Of a DNA stretch of 64,000 nucleotides, positions 8,775-17,817 are shown piece after piece; within the stretch, counting starts at the first letter, position 1, and every line of letters starts with the position of its first letter. The stretch comes from Hadesarchaea archaeon (lineage in GTDB: Archaea; Hadarchaeota; Hadarchaeia; Hadarchaeales; Hadarchaeaceae). A program made the translations under genes and the position numbers. The DNA is taken from the NCBI GenBank assembly GCA_030601675.1, contig JAUWBN010000001.1, positions 11,027 to 75,026 of the forward strand, read 5' to 3'. The notes under the pieces were generated by a model that saw only the letters and a list, made by a program, of their open reading frames with translations, was not told the origin of the DNA and did not search any database.

Positions 8775-10046
8775 ATGATGGCGATGCAAATGCCCATCGA
8801 TACCAAGACGCGTTACCAATTCAGGCGGATGCTCGAAGATCTGGCTGGCAAGCGCGGCCGAGGGACCGAGCTCATCTCGGTCTACATCTCCCCAGATTTC
8901 GAGCTCACCAAGGTCATCCAACAGCTCCGGGATGAGCAGGGGACGGCAAGCAACATAAAATCGAAGACGACCCGAAAGAACGTGATAAGCGCCCTCGAGC
9001 GGATCATCCAGTTCCTGCGCACCTACGCCGACACCCGCAGGCGCCCCCCCTCGAACGGGATGGCCATATTTTGCGGGAACGTGGCTGGGCGTGAGGACAT
9101 CGCGGACATCCAGCTCTACTGGGTCGAGCCCCCCGAGCCGATAACCATTCGCATGTACCGCTGCGACCAAGAGTTCGTGCTCGAGCCGCTGCAGGATATG
9201 CTTCAGGTTAGGGAGACCGTGGGGGTGCTCGTCATGGATCGGCGAGAGGCGACGCTCGCGACACTGCGGGGCAAACATGTCGAGATCGTGAGGAGGTTGA
9301 CCTCCGGCGTCCCAGGGAAACACGGCAAGGGAGGGCAGTCTGCACGGCGGTTCGAGCGGTCGATAGAGATCGCCGCTCATGAATACGCGAAGCGCGTCGC
9401 CGAAGCCGCCAACGAGATATTTTCGCATATCCCCGACCTGCGGGCGATCCTAGTCGGTGGCCCAGGGCCGACGAAGGACGAATTTTTGAAGAGTGAATTG
9501 TTGCACGAGGTGGTCAAGCGTAAAATCGCCGGGGTGCTCGATACCGGCTACACCGACGAACAGGGGGTAAAGGAAGTGGTCAACAAATCGGGTGAGGTTC
9601 TCGCCGATCTCGATATCCTGAAGGAAAAATCACTGGTGCAGCGCTTCATGGAGGAGCTCGTCGCGGGCAAGGGGTTGGTCGCATACGGCGAGCGGGAGAT
9701 CAGACAATTCCTCGAGCTGGGGGCGGTGAAGCTGCTCCTGATTTCAGAGGACCTGCGGAGGAGCCGTGCGCTCGCGCGATGCCAAGCCTGCGGGCACGAG
9801 CTGCGGGAAACCGTTGACGATATCAAAACTTACCAGAGGGAGCTGGCGGGGCGAGCCTGTCCCAGCTGCGGCGAGACCAGGCTGGTGCTCCTGGAGAGCA
9901 AGGATGTAGTGCAGGAATTGCTCGAGCTGTCGGAGCGGTTCGGCGCGGGGGTGGAGTTCATCTCGACCGAAACCGAGGAGGGCAAGCAGCTTCGCGTGGC
10001 TTTCAAGGGCTTGGGGGCTATTTTGAGGTTCAGGCCAGCTGCGTGA
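8775..10046 (+). CDS. prf1: Peptide chain release factor aRF1
   Basis: TASNIKS, YRCD and KGGQSARRF motifs, plus a C-domain Zn-ribbon insert (CQAC...CPSC). Confidence 0.97.
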   Translation: MMAMQMPIDTKTRYQFRRMLEDLAGKRGRGTELISVYISPDFELTKVIQQLRDEQGTASNIKSKTTRKNVISALERIIQFLRTYADTRRRPPSNGMAIFCGNVAGREDIADIQLYWVEPPEPITIRMYRCDQEFVLEPLQDMLQVRETVGVLVMDRREATLATLRGKHVEIVRRLTSGVPGKHGKGGQSARRFERSIEIAAHEYAKRVAEAANEIFSHIPDLRAILVGGPGPTKDEFLKSELLHEVVKRKIAGVLDTGYTDEQGVKEVVNKSGEVLADLDILKEKSLVQRFMEELVAGKGLVAYGEREIRQFLELGAVKLLLISEDLRRSRALARCQACGHELRETVDDIKTYQRELAGRACPSCGETRLVLLESKDVVQELLELSERFGAGVEFISTETEEGKQLRVAFKGLGAILRFRPAA

Positions 10047-10219
10047 TTTAATTGATTTTTGGCCCACAATCCCTCGAATGACCTTTAGGCCCTGTTCAAC
10101 TGCGTCACCAGAAAACCCAGCAAATTATCGCGATTTTCATGGTTGAGGGTATATTTTTACCCCGTAAGCGATAAGAGGATATATGTGAACCCCACGACGG
10201 GGAGATTGCCCGAGGGGGA

Positions 10220-11224
10220 ATGCAAAAAAGGAGGCTAAAAATGAGTCCAAAGCTTATAGCATCGGCCTTAGTGTGTTTGCTGCTTACGTTTACACTCTCA
10301 GCGATGGCGGTGGGTGCTGTCTCGTCCTCCGGAACCATAATAAATGTCCCCAAGGATTACCCGACGATTCAAGCCGCCATAGACGCGGCCTCGGCGGGCG
10401 ACACGGTCTTGGTTGCGCCAGGGACGTACTACGAGAGCATTCAAATGAAGTCTGGGGTGACCATCAAGGGTTCGGGGGCAGACGTTACGATAATCCACGG
10501 CGACGGGAGTTGGTTTAAGTATCCAGATTGGGCATATACAGTTCTTGGGGCAAACGATAGCACCATCACGGGATTCACCATCACCGGAAGCATTTATGGC
10601 ATCATCTGCTACAACTCCTCCCCGACGATTACCAACAACGTGATCACCTGCAACAGGTGGCATGGCATCTTTAACGCCCAGTCCTCCCCGACGATTACCA
10701 ACAACGTGATCACCGGCAATGGGTCGCGGGGCATCTGGAGCAGAAACTCCTCCCCGACGATTACCAACAACATAATCACCGGCAACGTCTATAGCATCTT
10801 CAACTACAACTCCTCCCCGACGATTACCTACAATGACATATGGGGCAACGGGTTCAATAGCATCTCCAACTACCGCACCTCCCCGATAATAGCAAATAAT
10901 ATATCCGCCGATCCGCTGTTCGTGGATCCCGCAAATGGCGACTACCGCCTACAGACAGGCTCGCCATCTATTGACGCTGGAACGAATGACGCACCCGGCC
11001 TACCGGAGACCGACTCCGATGGCAACCCCAGAATAGTTGATGGTGATGGCGACGGGGTAGCAATCGTCGACATGGGCGCATTTGAGTATCCCGGCGCAGT
11101 CCCACCGGGCTGGAGCGAAGGAAGGAAGACCGGCTGGAATGGCAATATGCCCCCAGGATTGGACAAGCAGGATAAAACACCCCAAGGTTTCGACCAAGGC
11201 AGGAAGGAAGGCTGGCAGAGATAG
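10220..11224 (+). CDS. Secreted right-handed beta-helix (pectin lyase/NosD-like) protein
   Basis: Signal peptide, INVPKDYPTIQAAIDAA..GDTVLVAPGTY, NSSPTITNN repeats, DPLFVD...DYRLQTGSPSIDAG...VDMGAFE tail. Confidence 0.85.
   Translation: MQKRRLKMSPKLIASALVCLLLTFTLSAMAVGAVSSSGTIINVPKDYPTIQAAIDAASAGDTVLVAPGTYYESIQMKSGVTIKGSGADVTIIHGDGSWFKYPDWAYTVLGANDSTITGFTITGSIYGIICYNSSPTITNNVITCNRWHGIFNAQSSPTITNNVITGNGSRGIWSRNSSPTITNNIITGNVYSIFNYNSSPTITYNDIWGNGFNSISNYRTSPIIANNISADPLFVDPANGDYRLQTGSPSIDAGTNDAPGLPETDSDGNPRIVDGDGDGVAIVDMGAFEYPGAVPPGWSEGRKTGWNGNMPPGLDKQDKTPQGFDQGRKEGWQR
10616..10900 (+). repeat. In-frame 63-66 bp tandem repeats (beta-helix rungs)
   Basis: TCCTCCCCGACGATTACC occurs identically at 10616, 10682, 10748 and 10811, with a degenerate fifth copy near 10877. 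Confidence 0.9.
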
Positions 11225-11323
11225 TACAACCGCATCCCAAGCCCGGTTGTGGAAAAGTCGGTGTTACTTAGGTTACCGGGACGAGGGTTGTGGGGCCTTA
11301 ACCCCCTTCCCTCTTGTTATTTT

Positions 11324-12577
11324 TTACGTGCCGAATTTCCAAGACCGCAAGTACCCCAGTTGCTCGCGGGTGAGTTTCTCCAGCCCTACGCCGAGCGACT
11401 TCAGCTTAAGCTTGGCCACCCTCCGATCGATCTCGGCCGGCACGTCGTGGACCTTTGGTTCCAGTTCCTTGCCGTGCTCCGCGAGGTACCCAACGCTTAG
11501 GGCCTGCAACGCGAAGCTCATGTCCATTATCTCCATTGGGTGCCCGAGCGAGCGTTTGCCTGCGAGGTTGACGAGGCGTCCTTCAGCGAGTAGGTAAAGT
11601 CGCCTTCCATCCCTGAGCTGAAACTCCGCAACATCTTCCAACACTTCACGCCTCTTTATGGCGAGCTTCCTGAGCGCGGGAATGTCGATCTCGACGTTGA
11701 AGTGCCCCGCGTTGCACAGGATTGCCCCATCGCGCATCCGCCGCATGTGCTCCTTCCGAATGACGCCGATGTTGCCGGTTGTGGTTATGAAGATGTCACC
11801 GACGCGCGCAGCCTCCGCCATCCGTGCAACCCTGAATCCGTCCATCGTCGCCTCGAGCGCCTTGATCGGGTCGGTTTCGACGACGGTCACGATCGCGCCC
11901 AGCCCCTTCGCGCGCGAGGCCATGCCGCGCCCCACGAAACCGTAACCCACCACCACGATCTGTTTGCCGGCGATCAGCGTGTTCGTGGTCGCCATGATCC
12001 CCTGAAGGGTCGACTCGGCTGTCCCAAAGCGATTATCGAACAGACGCTTTGCGGGCGAGTCGTTCACAGCGATTACCGGGAACTTCAACGCACCGTCGGC
12101 CGCCATCATTCGCAGTCGGTTCACCCCAGTGGTCGTTTCCTCGCACGCCCCCCGACTCTTCTGAATTCTTTCGGGGCGCTTGGCATGGGTCGTCGAGATG
12201 AGGTCCGCGCCATCATCGATTAGGATATCCGGACGGTGATCGAGGACGCGATGGAGGTTCGCGTAGTAGTCCTTCTCGCTCTGCCCGCGCCACGCGTACA
12301 CGTTTATGCCATCCTTCATGAGGGCAGCGACCACCTCATCACGCGTCGAGAGGGGGTTGCATCCTGCCAGAGCAACTTCTGCCCCTCCCGCGACCAAAGT
12401 TCGAACAAGAGCGGCAGTTTTCGCCTCAAGGTGCAACGAAGCCCCAACTCTCAGTCCTTTTAGCGGCTTTCGCTTCGACATCTCCTTGCGGATTGTCATC
12501 AAGACCGGCATGTGGCGCTCCACCCACTCGATCTTGCGCTTGCCCTTCGGCGCTAGGACAGCGATTTTAGGCCTCAT
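11324..12577 (-). CDS. ahcY: S-adenosyl/S-inosyl-homocysteine hydrolase
   Basis: [36 protein letters not shown] and GRLVNL. Confidence 0.95.
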   Translation of the reverse strand: MRPKIAVLAPKGKRKIEWVERHMPVLMTIRKEMSKRKPLKGLRVGASLHLEAKTAALVRTLVAGGAEVALAGCNPLSTRDEVVAALMKDGINVYAWRGQSEKDYYANLHRVLDHRPDILIDDGADLISTTHAKRPERIQKSRGACEETTTGVNRLRMMAADGALKFPVIAVNDSPAKRLFDNRFGTAESTLQGIMATTNTLIAGKQIVVVGYGFVGRGMASRAKGLGAIVTVVETDPIKALEATMDGFRVARMAEAARVGDIFITTTGNIGVIRKEHMRRMRDGAILCNAGHFNVEIDIPALRKLAIKRREVLEDVAEFQLRDGRRLYLLAEGRLVNLAGKRSLGHPMEIMDMSFALQALSVGYLAEHGKELEPKVHDVPAEIDRRVAKLKLKSLGVGLEKLTREQLGYLRSWKFGT

Positions 12578-13884
12578 TTTTTGCCCTCCCTCCTGGCTAG
12601 GAAATCATCGGAACTCTCCTGTGCCTCCATCAAAACTTTGTCCTCGTCAAGCGTTAGAACCTTGCGCCCCTGCATCAAGACCTTTCCATCTACAATCGTG
12701 GTATCGACATCACTACCCACGGCGCTGTAAACGAGATGGGAAATCACGCTGTGGAGTGGTTTGAGGTGGGGCTTTTGAAGGTCCACCAACACGATATCTG
12801 CCTTTTTCCCGGCTTCCAGCGAGCCGATGCTGTCCTGAAGTCCTAGCGCGATTGCCCCGTTGATGGTCGCCATCTCCAACGCTACTTGGGCCGGCACGGC
12901 GACCGGGTCAAGTTTGTGGACTTTGTTGAGCAGGGCTGCAAATTTCATCTCGTTGAACATGTCGAGCGAGTTGTTCGAGGCTGCCCCATCCGTGCCAAGC
13001 GCAACTGGTATGCCTGCCGCAAGCATTTCGGGTACAGGCGCTACGCCGCAGGCTATCTTCATGTTGCTCACTGGATTATGTACCGGCTTGACTTTGCGAT
13101 TATGTAAAATTTTAATCTCCTGCTCGGTTAACTGAACGCAATGTGCCGCTAAGACCTCCGATCCGAGGAAACCTATTGAATCGAGATGTTCAACCGGACG
13201 CTTGCCATATTTCTTCATGATTTTATCAACTTCATCCTGACTTTCAGAAATGTGGACATGGATGCCGACCTTGTATTTCTTTGCCAGCTCCTTAACCTGC
13301 ATTAAGCACTCGGGCGAGCATGTGTAAGCCGCGTGAGGTCCAAACATCGTGAGGATTCGACCGTTCGCCTTCCCGTGACAAGTTTTGACTAACCTCTCGC
13401 CTTCCCTAATCGTCGTCTCACGCTTCTTAGGATCGTCCAGCTCGATAATGCCGCGAGAGAGCACGCCTCTGAGGCCAGCTTTCTCTACAGCCCGTGCGAC
13501 ATCTTCCATGTAAAAGTATTGGTCAGCGAAGCAAGTAGTCCCTGACTTTATCATCTCGAGGCAACCGAGCAAGGCTCCAGTATAACAATCGTCAGCCGTG
13601 AGATTTTTTTCTATTGGCCAAATCTTCGTTTCGAGCCACTCCATCAAGGGCATGTCATCAGCAACGCCCCGTAGCAAAGTCATCGAGAGGTGGGTGTGGG
13701 CGTTAATGAGCCCCGGCAGCACAGCCTTCCCGCGGGCATCGATCACGGTATCGGCTCGCTCTTTAACATCTTTGCCGACCGCGGTTATTTTGTCTCCCTC
13801 GATCGCCACCGAGCCCCGCTCGAGGATGCGGCGCTGGGCGTCCATCGTGATGATGTAGCCATCCTTGATCAGGATATCCGCCAA
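12574..13884 (-). CDS. mtaD: 5'-deoxyadenosine/MTA/SAH deaminase (DadD/MtaD)
   Basis: [32 protein letters not shown] and GTDGAASNN. Overlaps the ahcY start. TTG start chosen. Confidence 0.88.
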   Translation of the reverse strand: MADILIKDGYIITMDAQRRILERGSVAIEGDKITAVGKDVKERADTVIDARGKAVLPGLINAHTHLSMTLLRGVADDMPLMEWLETKIWPIEKNLTADDCYTGALLGCLEMIKSGTTCFADQYFYMEDVARAVEKAGLRGVLSRGIIELDDPKKRETTIREGERLVKTCHGKANGRILTMFGPHAAYTCSPECLMQVKELAKKYKVGIHVHISESQDEVDKIMKKYGKRPVEHLDSIGFLGSEVLAAHCVQLTEQEIKILHNRKVKPVHNPVSNMKIACGVAPVPEMLAAGIPVALGTDGAASNNSLDMFNEMKFAALLNKVHKLDPVAVPAQVALEMATINGAIALGLQDSIGSLEAGKKADIVLVDLQKPHLKPLHSVISHLVYSAVGSDVDTTIVDGKVLMQGRKVLTLDEDKVLMEAQESSDDFLARREGKK

Positions 13885-13894
13885 GTCATCTCCC

Positions 13895-14413
13895 CTAGCG
13901 CGCGAGTTCCTTGGCGATGGTGCGCCCAAATTCTCGAGCAGCTCCAGGACCATTCGCAGTTATAATGTTTCCATCGACTTCGACAGGTTTCCCGGTGTAA
14001 GTGGCGCCTTTGCTCTCGATCTTTCGGACGTACTCGCCGTCCCAGACCGTCGCGCGCTTGCCCTTGAGCACCCCAGCGTTCGCGAGGATGGTCAGCGCGA
14101 TGCAGATGGCGCAAGTTTTCTTTCCCTTGCCGAACGCTTCGCTGGCTATGGAAAGAGCCCGTTTGTCGTTGAAGTAAACCGACGCGCCTGGGCCCCCAAC
14201 GAACGCGATAGCATCATAATCACCCACGTTTATCTGATCGAGCTTGATGTCCGGCGTCACCGTTGCGCCGAGCAAGCCCTTCACTGCACCTGTCTTCGCG
14301 CTGGCAACCGTCACCTTTGCCCCTGCGCTCTCCAGCTCCTCTCTCGTGTGCAAAAGCTCCTCGTCCCTGAAGTTCTCGGGTGCGATTATCATCAACACTT
14401 TTTCACCCGCCAA
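13895..14413 (-). CDS. DJ-1/PfpI family protein
   Basis: FRDEE, YDAIAFVGGPG, AICIA nucleophile elbow and ITANGP. Confidence 0.9.
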   Translation of the reverse strand: MAGEKVLMIIAPENFRDEELLHTREELESAGAKVTVASAKTGAVKGLLGATVTPDIKLDQINVGDYDAIAFVGGPGASVYFNDKRALSIASEAFGKGKKTCAICIALTILANAGVLKGKRATVWDGEYVRKIESKGATYTGKPVEVDGNIITANGPGAAREFGRTIAKELAR

Positions 14414-14523
14414 ATCGACCCCCCGAGATTATTAGGAAACCTACATTAATAAGTATGAAATTATGGATGGGGTGAAACAACACTTGCCTTTTAAGGTTTA
14501 AGTTTACCAAGGTTGAGCTGAAG

Positions 14524-14949
14524 GTGATTAAAATGAAAAACAGTGAGATATCTAGAATTTCAACTACTGGCGTGAAAATACGGGAATTAATGACAACAAA
14601 TGTCGTGACAATAGATCCTGAAAAAAGTGTATCCAAAGCTGTGAAAAAAATGGTGGAGAGGAATGTAGAATGTCTTCCGATAGTAAAGTTCGGGGCGCTT
14701 CAGGGTCTAATTACTTTTCGCGACATAATAGAAAAAGTTGTTTATGCGAAGAGGGTGCCGGAAAAGACAAAGGTTAGAGACATAATGGCAAAAAAGATGG
14801 TAACTTGTGGCCCAGATTCGACAATAATAGAAGTGGTAAAGCTGATGAAAAACAAGAGGTTGAGGAGAATTCCAGTTATTGATGAAAACAGAAGATTACT
14901 GGGTATTATCACAAATTTTGATTTGGCAATATTTGGCTGGGAAATTTAA
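14524..14949 (+). CDS. CBS-pair protein (AT-rich gene)
   Basis: Two CBS repeats: IRELMTTNVVTI...GLITFRDI and VRDIMAKK...RRIPVID...GIITNFDL. Confidence 0.88.
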   Translation: MIKMKNSEISRISTTGVKIRELMTTNVVTIDPEKSVSKAVKKMVERNVECLPIVKFGALQGLITFRDIIEKVVYAKRVPEKTKVRDIMAKKMVTCGPDSTIIEVVKLMKNKRLRRIPVIDENRRLLGIITNFDLAIFGWEI

Positions 14950-15009
14950 ACTTCTTGGCTGACCTTTTAAATTTAAATCGCTGCTGTCCAAAGGAGGAAA
15001 GGTGGGAAC

Positions 15010-16824
15010 ACGGCGAAGTACTACATCACCACGCCCATCTACTACATCAACGCGGTGCCCCACATCGGGCATGCCTACACCACCATAGTTGCTGATGTGC
15101 TCGCGCGATGGCACCGCCTGCGCGGGGACGATGTCTTCTTCCTGACCGGACTTGATGAGAACTCGATGAAGACCGTCGAGGCGGCAAAAGAACAGGGTTT
15201 CAAGGACATCCAAGAGTACGCGGACTCGATGGCGGAGAGGTGGGTCGGCGCTTGGAAAATCTTCGACATAAGCTACGACGACTTCATCCGTACCACCCAG
15301 GAGCGCCATAAGCGGAACGTCGAGGAGTTCTTCAAGCGAATCCAGGAGAGCGGGGACATCTACAAGGGAGAGTACGAGGGGCTCTACTGCGAGGGCTGCG
15401 AGGCCTACGTGGCCGAGGGTGACCTGGTCGATGGGAAATGTCCCCTCCACCAAAAGAAACCTAAGCGAATCAAAGAGGAGAACTACTTTTTCAGACTCTC
15501 GAAGTACCAAGATCAGATCCTGAATCACATCGAGGCCAATCCCCAATTTATCCAACCCGAGGCGCGGAGGAACGAGGTATTCAGCTTTATCAAGGGTGGC
15601 CTTCGGGACGTCAGCGTTTCCCGCCCGGGGCTGGAGTGGGGGATAAAAGTTCCCGGCGACCCGACGCAGACGATCTGGGTCTGGCTAGATGCATTGTGTA
15701 ACTATATGTTACCGCACGATTATTGGCCAGCCGACGCCCACTTAATCGCGAAAGACATCCTGCGCTTTCACTGCGTGGTGTGGCCAGGTATGTTACTCTC
15801 GGCTGGCCATGCGCTGCCCAAACAGATCTTCGCGCATGGATTCCTGACGGTCGAAGGGCGGAAGATCAGCAAATCGCTCGGCAACGTCATCGACCCGGCT
15901 TACCTGGTCGAGAAGTACTCCGCCGACGTGATACGCTACTTTTTGATCCGCGAGGTTTCCTTCGGTCAGGACGGCAATTTCTCCGAGGAGAGCTTGCGCA
16001 CGAGGCTGAACGACGAGCTCGCGGATGTGCTCGGGAATTTCGTGCACCGAGTGCTCACCTTCACCCGAGACCGCTTCGGCGGGAAGGTGCCGGATGGAAA
16101 AATTGACAAGAAACTCGAAACTGAGGTTGGCGAGCGGATGGAGAAGGTGGAGAAACTGCTCGAAGAATCGAAGGTCACCCAGGCGCTCGAGGAAATCATG
16201 GCGATCGCGGGGCGCGGGAACGAGTACTTCCAGTCTCACGGGCCTTGGAAGACGATAAAGAGCGACCCCAAAAAAGCAGCGGACTGCCTCCTCAACTGCG
16301 TGAACCTCGTGAAGGCGCTGTGTGCGATGCTCTCGCCCTTCATGCCCTCGACCTGCGCTGAACTCGCAAAACAGCTCAACCTGGAGGTAAGCAACTGGAA
16401 GCAGGCGAAAAAATTCGATATCAAACCGGGGCACCCGATACGGGAACCAACGATCCTCTTCAAGAAGCTCCAATCTCATAACCCTTCGCGACATGGGGGT
16501 GAGCTGGCCACGACTAAAGATCTAAACAAGCTGGACATCCGCATCGGCAGCGTGGTGAAGGCGGAGCGGGTTCAGGGGTCGGAGAAGCTGTTGAAGCTCG
16601 AGGTGGAACTCGCCGACGAGCGCCGCACGATCGTGGCCGGGGTCGCGGAGCATTATCGGCCCGAGGAACTCGTCGGAAAGCAGGTCGCGGTCATCGTTAA
16701 CCTCGAGCCGGCGAAGCTGATGGGAATAAAATCCGAGTGCATGCTCCTTGCCGCGGTCGAGGAGGGGAAGATCTCGCTGCTGACCGCCGACAAACCCGTG
16801 AAGCCCGGGACGAGGGTGGAGTAA
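15010..16824 (+). CDS. metG: Methionyl-tRNA synthetase with C-terminal Trbp111/OB domain; probable ACG start
   Basis: YYITTPIYYINAVPHIGH lies partly upstream of the track start at 15055. Also CEGC..CPLH knuckle, KDILRFH, KISKS and C-terminal LDIRIG...NLEPAKLMG. Confidence 0.93.
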   Translation, partial: TAKYYITTPIYYINAVPHIGHAYTTIVADVLARWHRLRGDDVFFLTGLDENSMKTVEAAKEQGFKDIQEYADSMAERWVGAWKIFDISYDDFIRTTQERHKRNVEEFFKRIQESGDIYKGEYEGLYCEGCEAYVAEGDLVDGKCPLHQKKPKRIKEENYFFRLSKYQDQILNHIEANPQFIQPEARRNEVFSFIKGGLRDVSVSRPGLEWGIKVPGDPTQTIWVWLDALCNYMLPHDYWPADAHLIAKDILRFHCVVWPGMLLSAGHALPKQIFAHGFLTVEGRKISKSLGNVIDPAYLVEKYSADVIRYFLIREVSFGQDGNFSEESLRTRLNDELADVLGNFVHRVLTFTRDRFGGKVPDGKIDKKLETEVGERMEKVEKLLEESKVTQALEEIMAIAGRGNEYFQSHGPWKTIKSDPKKAADCLLNCVNLVKALCAMLSPFMPSTCAELAKQLNLEVSNWKQAKKFDIKPGHPIREPTILFKKLQSHNPSRHGGELATTKDLNKLDIRIGSVVKAERVQGSEKLLKLEVELADERRTIVAGVAEHYRPEELVGKQVAVIVNLEPAKLMGIKSECMLLAAVEEGKISLLTADKPVKPGTRVE

Positions 16825-17460
16825 TTGCTTCGCCTCGACCTCCACGTGCACACCACCCACTCGCGCGATGGTTTTTGTTCGGTCGCGGAGGCCGTGAAGG
16901 CGGCGCGGGCCAGAGGGCTGGACGGCATCGCAATCACCGACCACAACAGCGTCGGGGGGCATCCCGAGGCGAAAAAGCTCTCGCGCGGTGAATTCCTCGT
17001 AATCCCCGGGATAGAGGTCTCGAGCTCCGATGGGCACATCCTCGGCTTGGGGGTGAGCGAGCTCGTCCCACGGGGCCTGCCCGCGGGGGAGACCGTCAAG
17101 CTCATAAGAAAAATGGGGGGCATCGCGGTCGCAGCCCACCCATTTGCACTCGGGAAAAAACCCTCCCTCGTCTACAAGGCGAAGTTCGATGCGATCGAGG
17201 CCTTCAACTCCCGCGCGCTCTTCCTGAGCAATCGCCTCGCGCGCATGTTCGTCGAGCGAAATCACCTGCCCGCGACAGCCGGCTCGGACGCCCACTTTCC
17301 AGATGAGGTGGGCTTGGCGAGCGTGAGGTTGAATTGCGAGAAAAATGTCGAGTCCATTTTTGGGGAGATAAAGGGGGGAAGGGCATCGGTTTCAGGACGA
17401 ACCCTCCCCCTTCCGAGCTACCTGCAGAGGGCCCTCCACATGATCCTCCACGGGCATTGA
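16825..17460 (+). CDS. PHP-domain metallophosphoesterase
   Basis: DLHVHT..S.DG, AITDHN, GIEVS, AHPF and GSDAH. Confidence 0.9.
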   Translation: MLRLDLHVHTTHSRDGFCSVAEAVKAARARGLDGIAITDHNSVGGHPEAKKLSRGEFLVIPGIEVSSSDGHILGLGVSELVPRGLPAGETVKLIRKMGGIAVAAHPFALGKKPSLVYKAKFDAIEAFNSRALFLSNRLARMFVERNHLPATAGSDAHFPDEVGLASVRLNCEKNVESIFGEIKGGRASVSGRTLPLPSYLQRALHMILHGH

Positions 17461-17466
17461 TAAACG

Positions 17467-17509
17467 AAAAGGCGGGAGCGGCCCAAACCCATAAAGGGCC
17501 GTCCCGCCT
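17467..17509 (-). terminator. GC-rich hairpin followed by a U-tract between convergent genes
   Basis: AGGCGGGA(G)CGGCCC...GGGCCGTCCCGCCT inverted repeat; on the minus strand it is followed by TTTT. Confidence 0.6.
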
Positions 17510-17559
17510 GACACCCCGTTCGGAGGCTGGACCGAGGAGGTGGGGTGACCTTGAATTTT

Positions 17560-17751
17560 TCACCTTGACTTTTTCTTGGCGTATTTTTTCAAACCTTGGA
17601 ATCCTCCGATGTTGGTCATCACCCAATCGTGGATCATCTTGCGGACGACCTCGCTGCGGTTGCCGCCGTAGCCGGTGCCGATGAGGTCATCTATGATCCT
17701 GAGGTAAAGACCATCGACGAAGACGCGGACCTCGGCCTTTTTTTGAGACAT
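17560..17751 (-). CDS. Ribbon-helix-helix (CopG/Arc/MetJ) protein
   Basis: 63 aa: EVRVFV strand, IIDDLIGTGYGGNRSEVVRKMI helix-turn-helix, basic tail. Confidence 0.8.
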   Translation of the reverse strand: MSQKKAEVRVFVDGLYLRIIDDLIGTGYGGNRSEVVRKMIHDWVMTNIGGFQGLKKYAKKKSR

Positions 17752-17772
17752 CCTCCTAGCCTCCCTTCACCC

Positions 17773-17817
17773 TCCAGCTACAATCCAGCTATAATCCAGC
17801 AGCTATTTAAGGGTTTT
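17773..17817 (-). promoter_or_regulatory. RHH gene promoter (BRE/TATA) overlapped by three 11-bp-spaced direct repeats
   Basis: Minus strand reads AAAACCC-TTAAATA. Plus strand reads TCCAGCTACAA-TCCAGCTATAA-TCCAGCAGCTA at 17773, 17784 and 17795. Confidence 0.65.

Noticed and set aside
10616..10900. Repeat-spacer pattern (~33+33 nt) resembling a CRISPR array
   Set aside because: Periods of 66/66/63 nt keep frame inside a signal-peptide protein and encode beta-helix rungs. No cas genes or leader are present.
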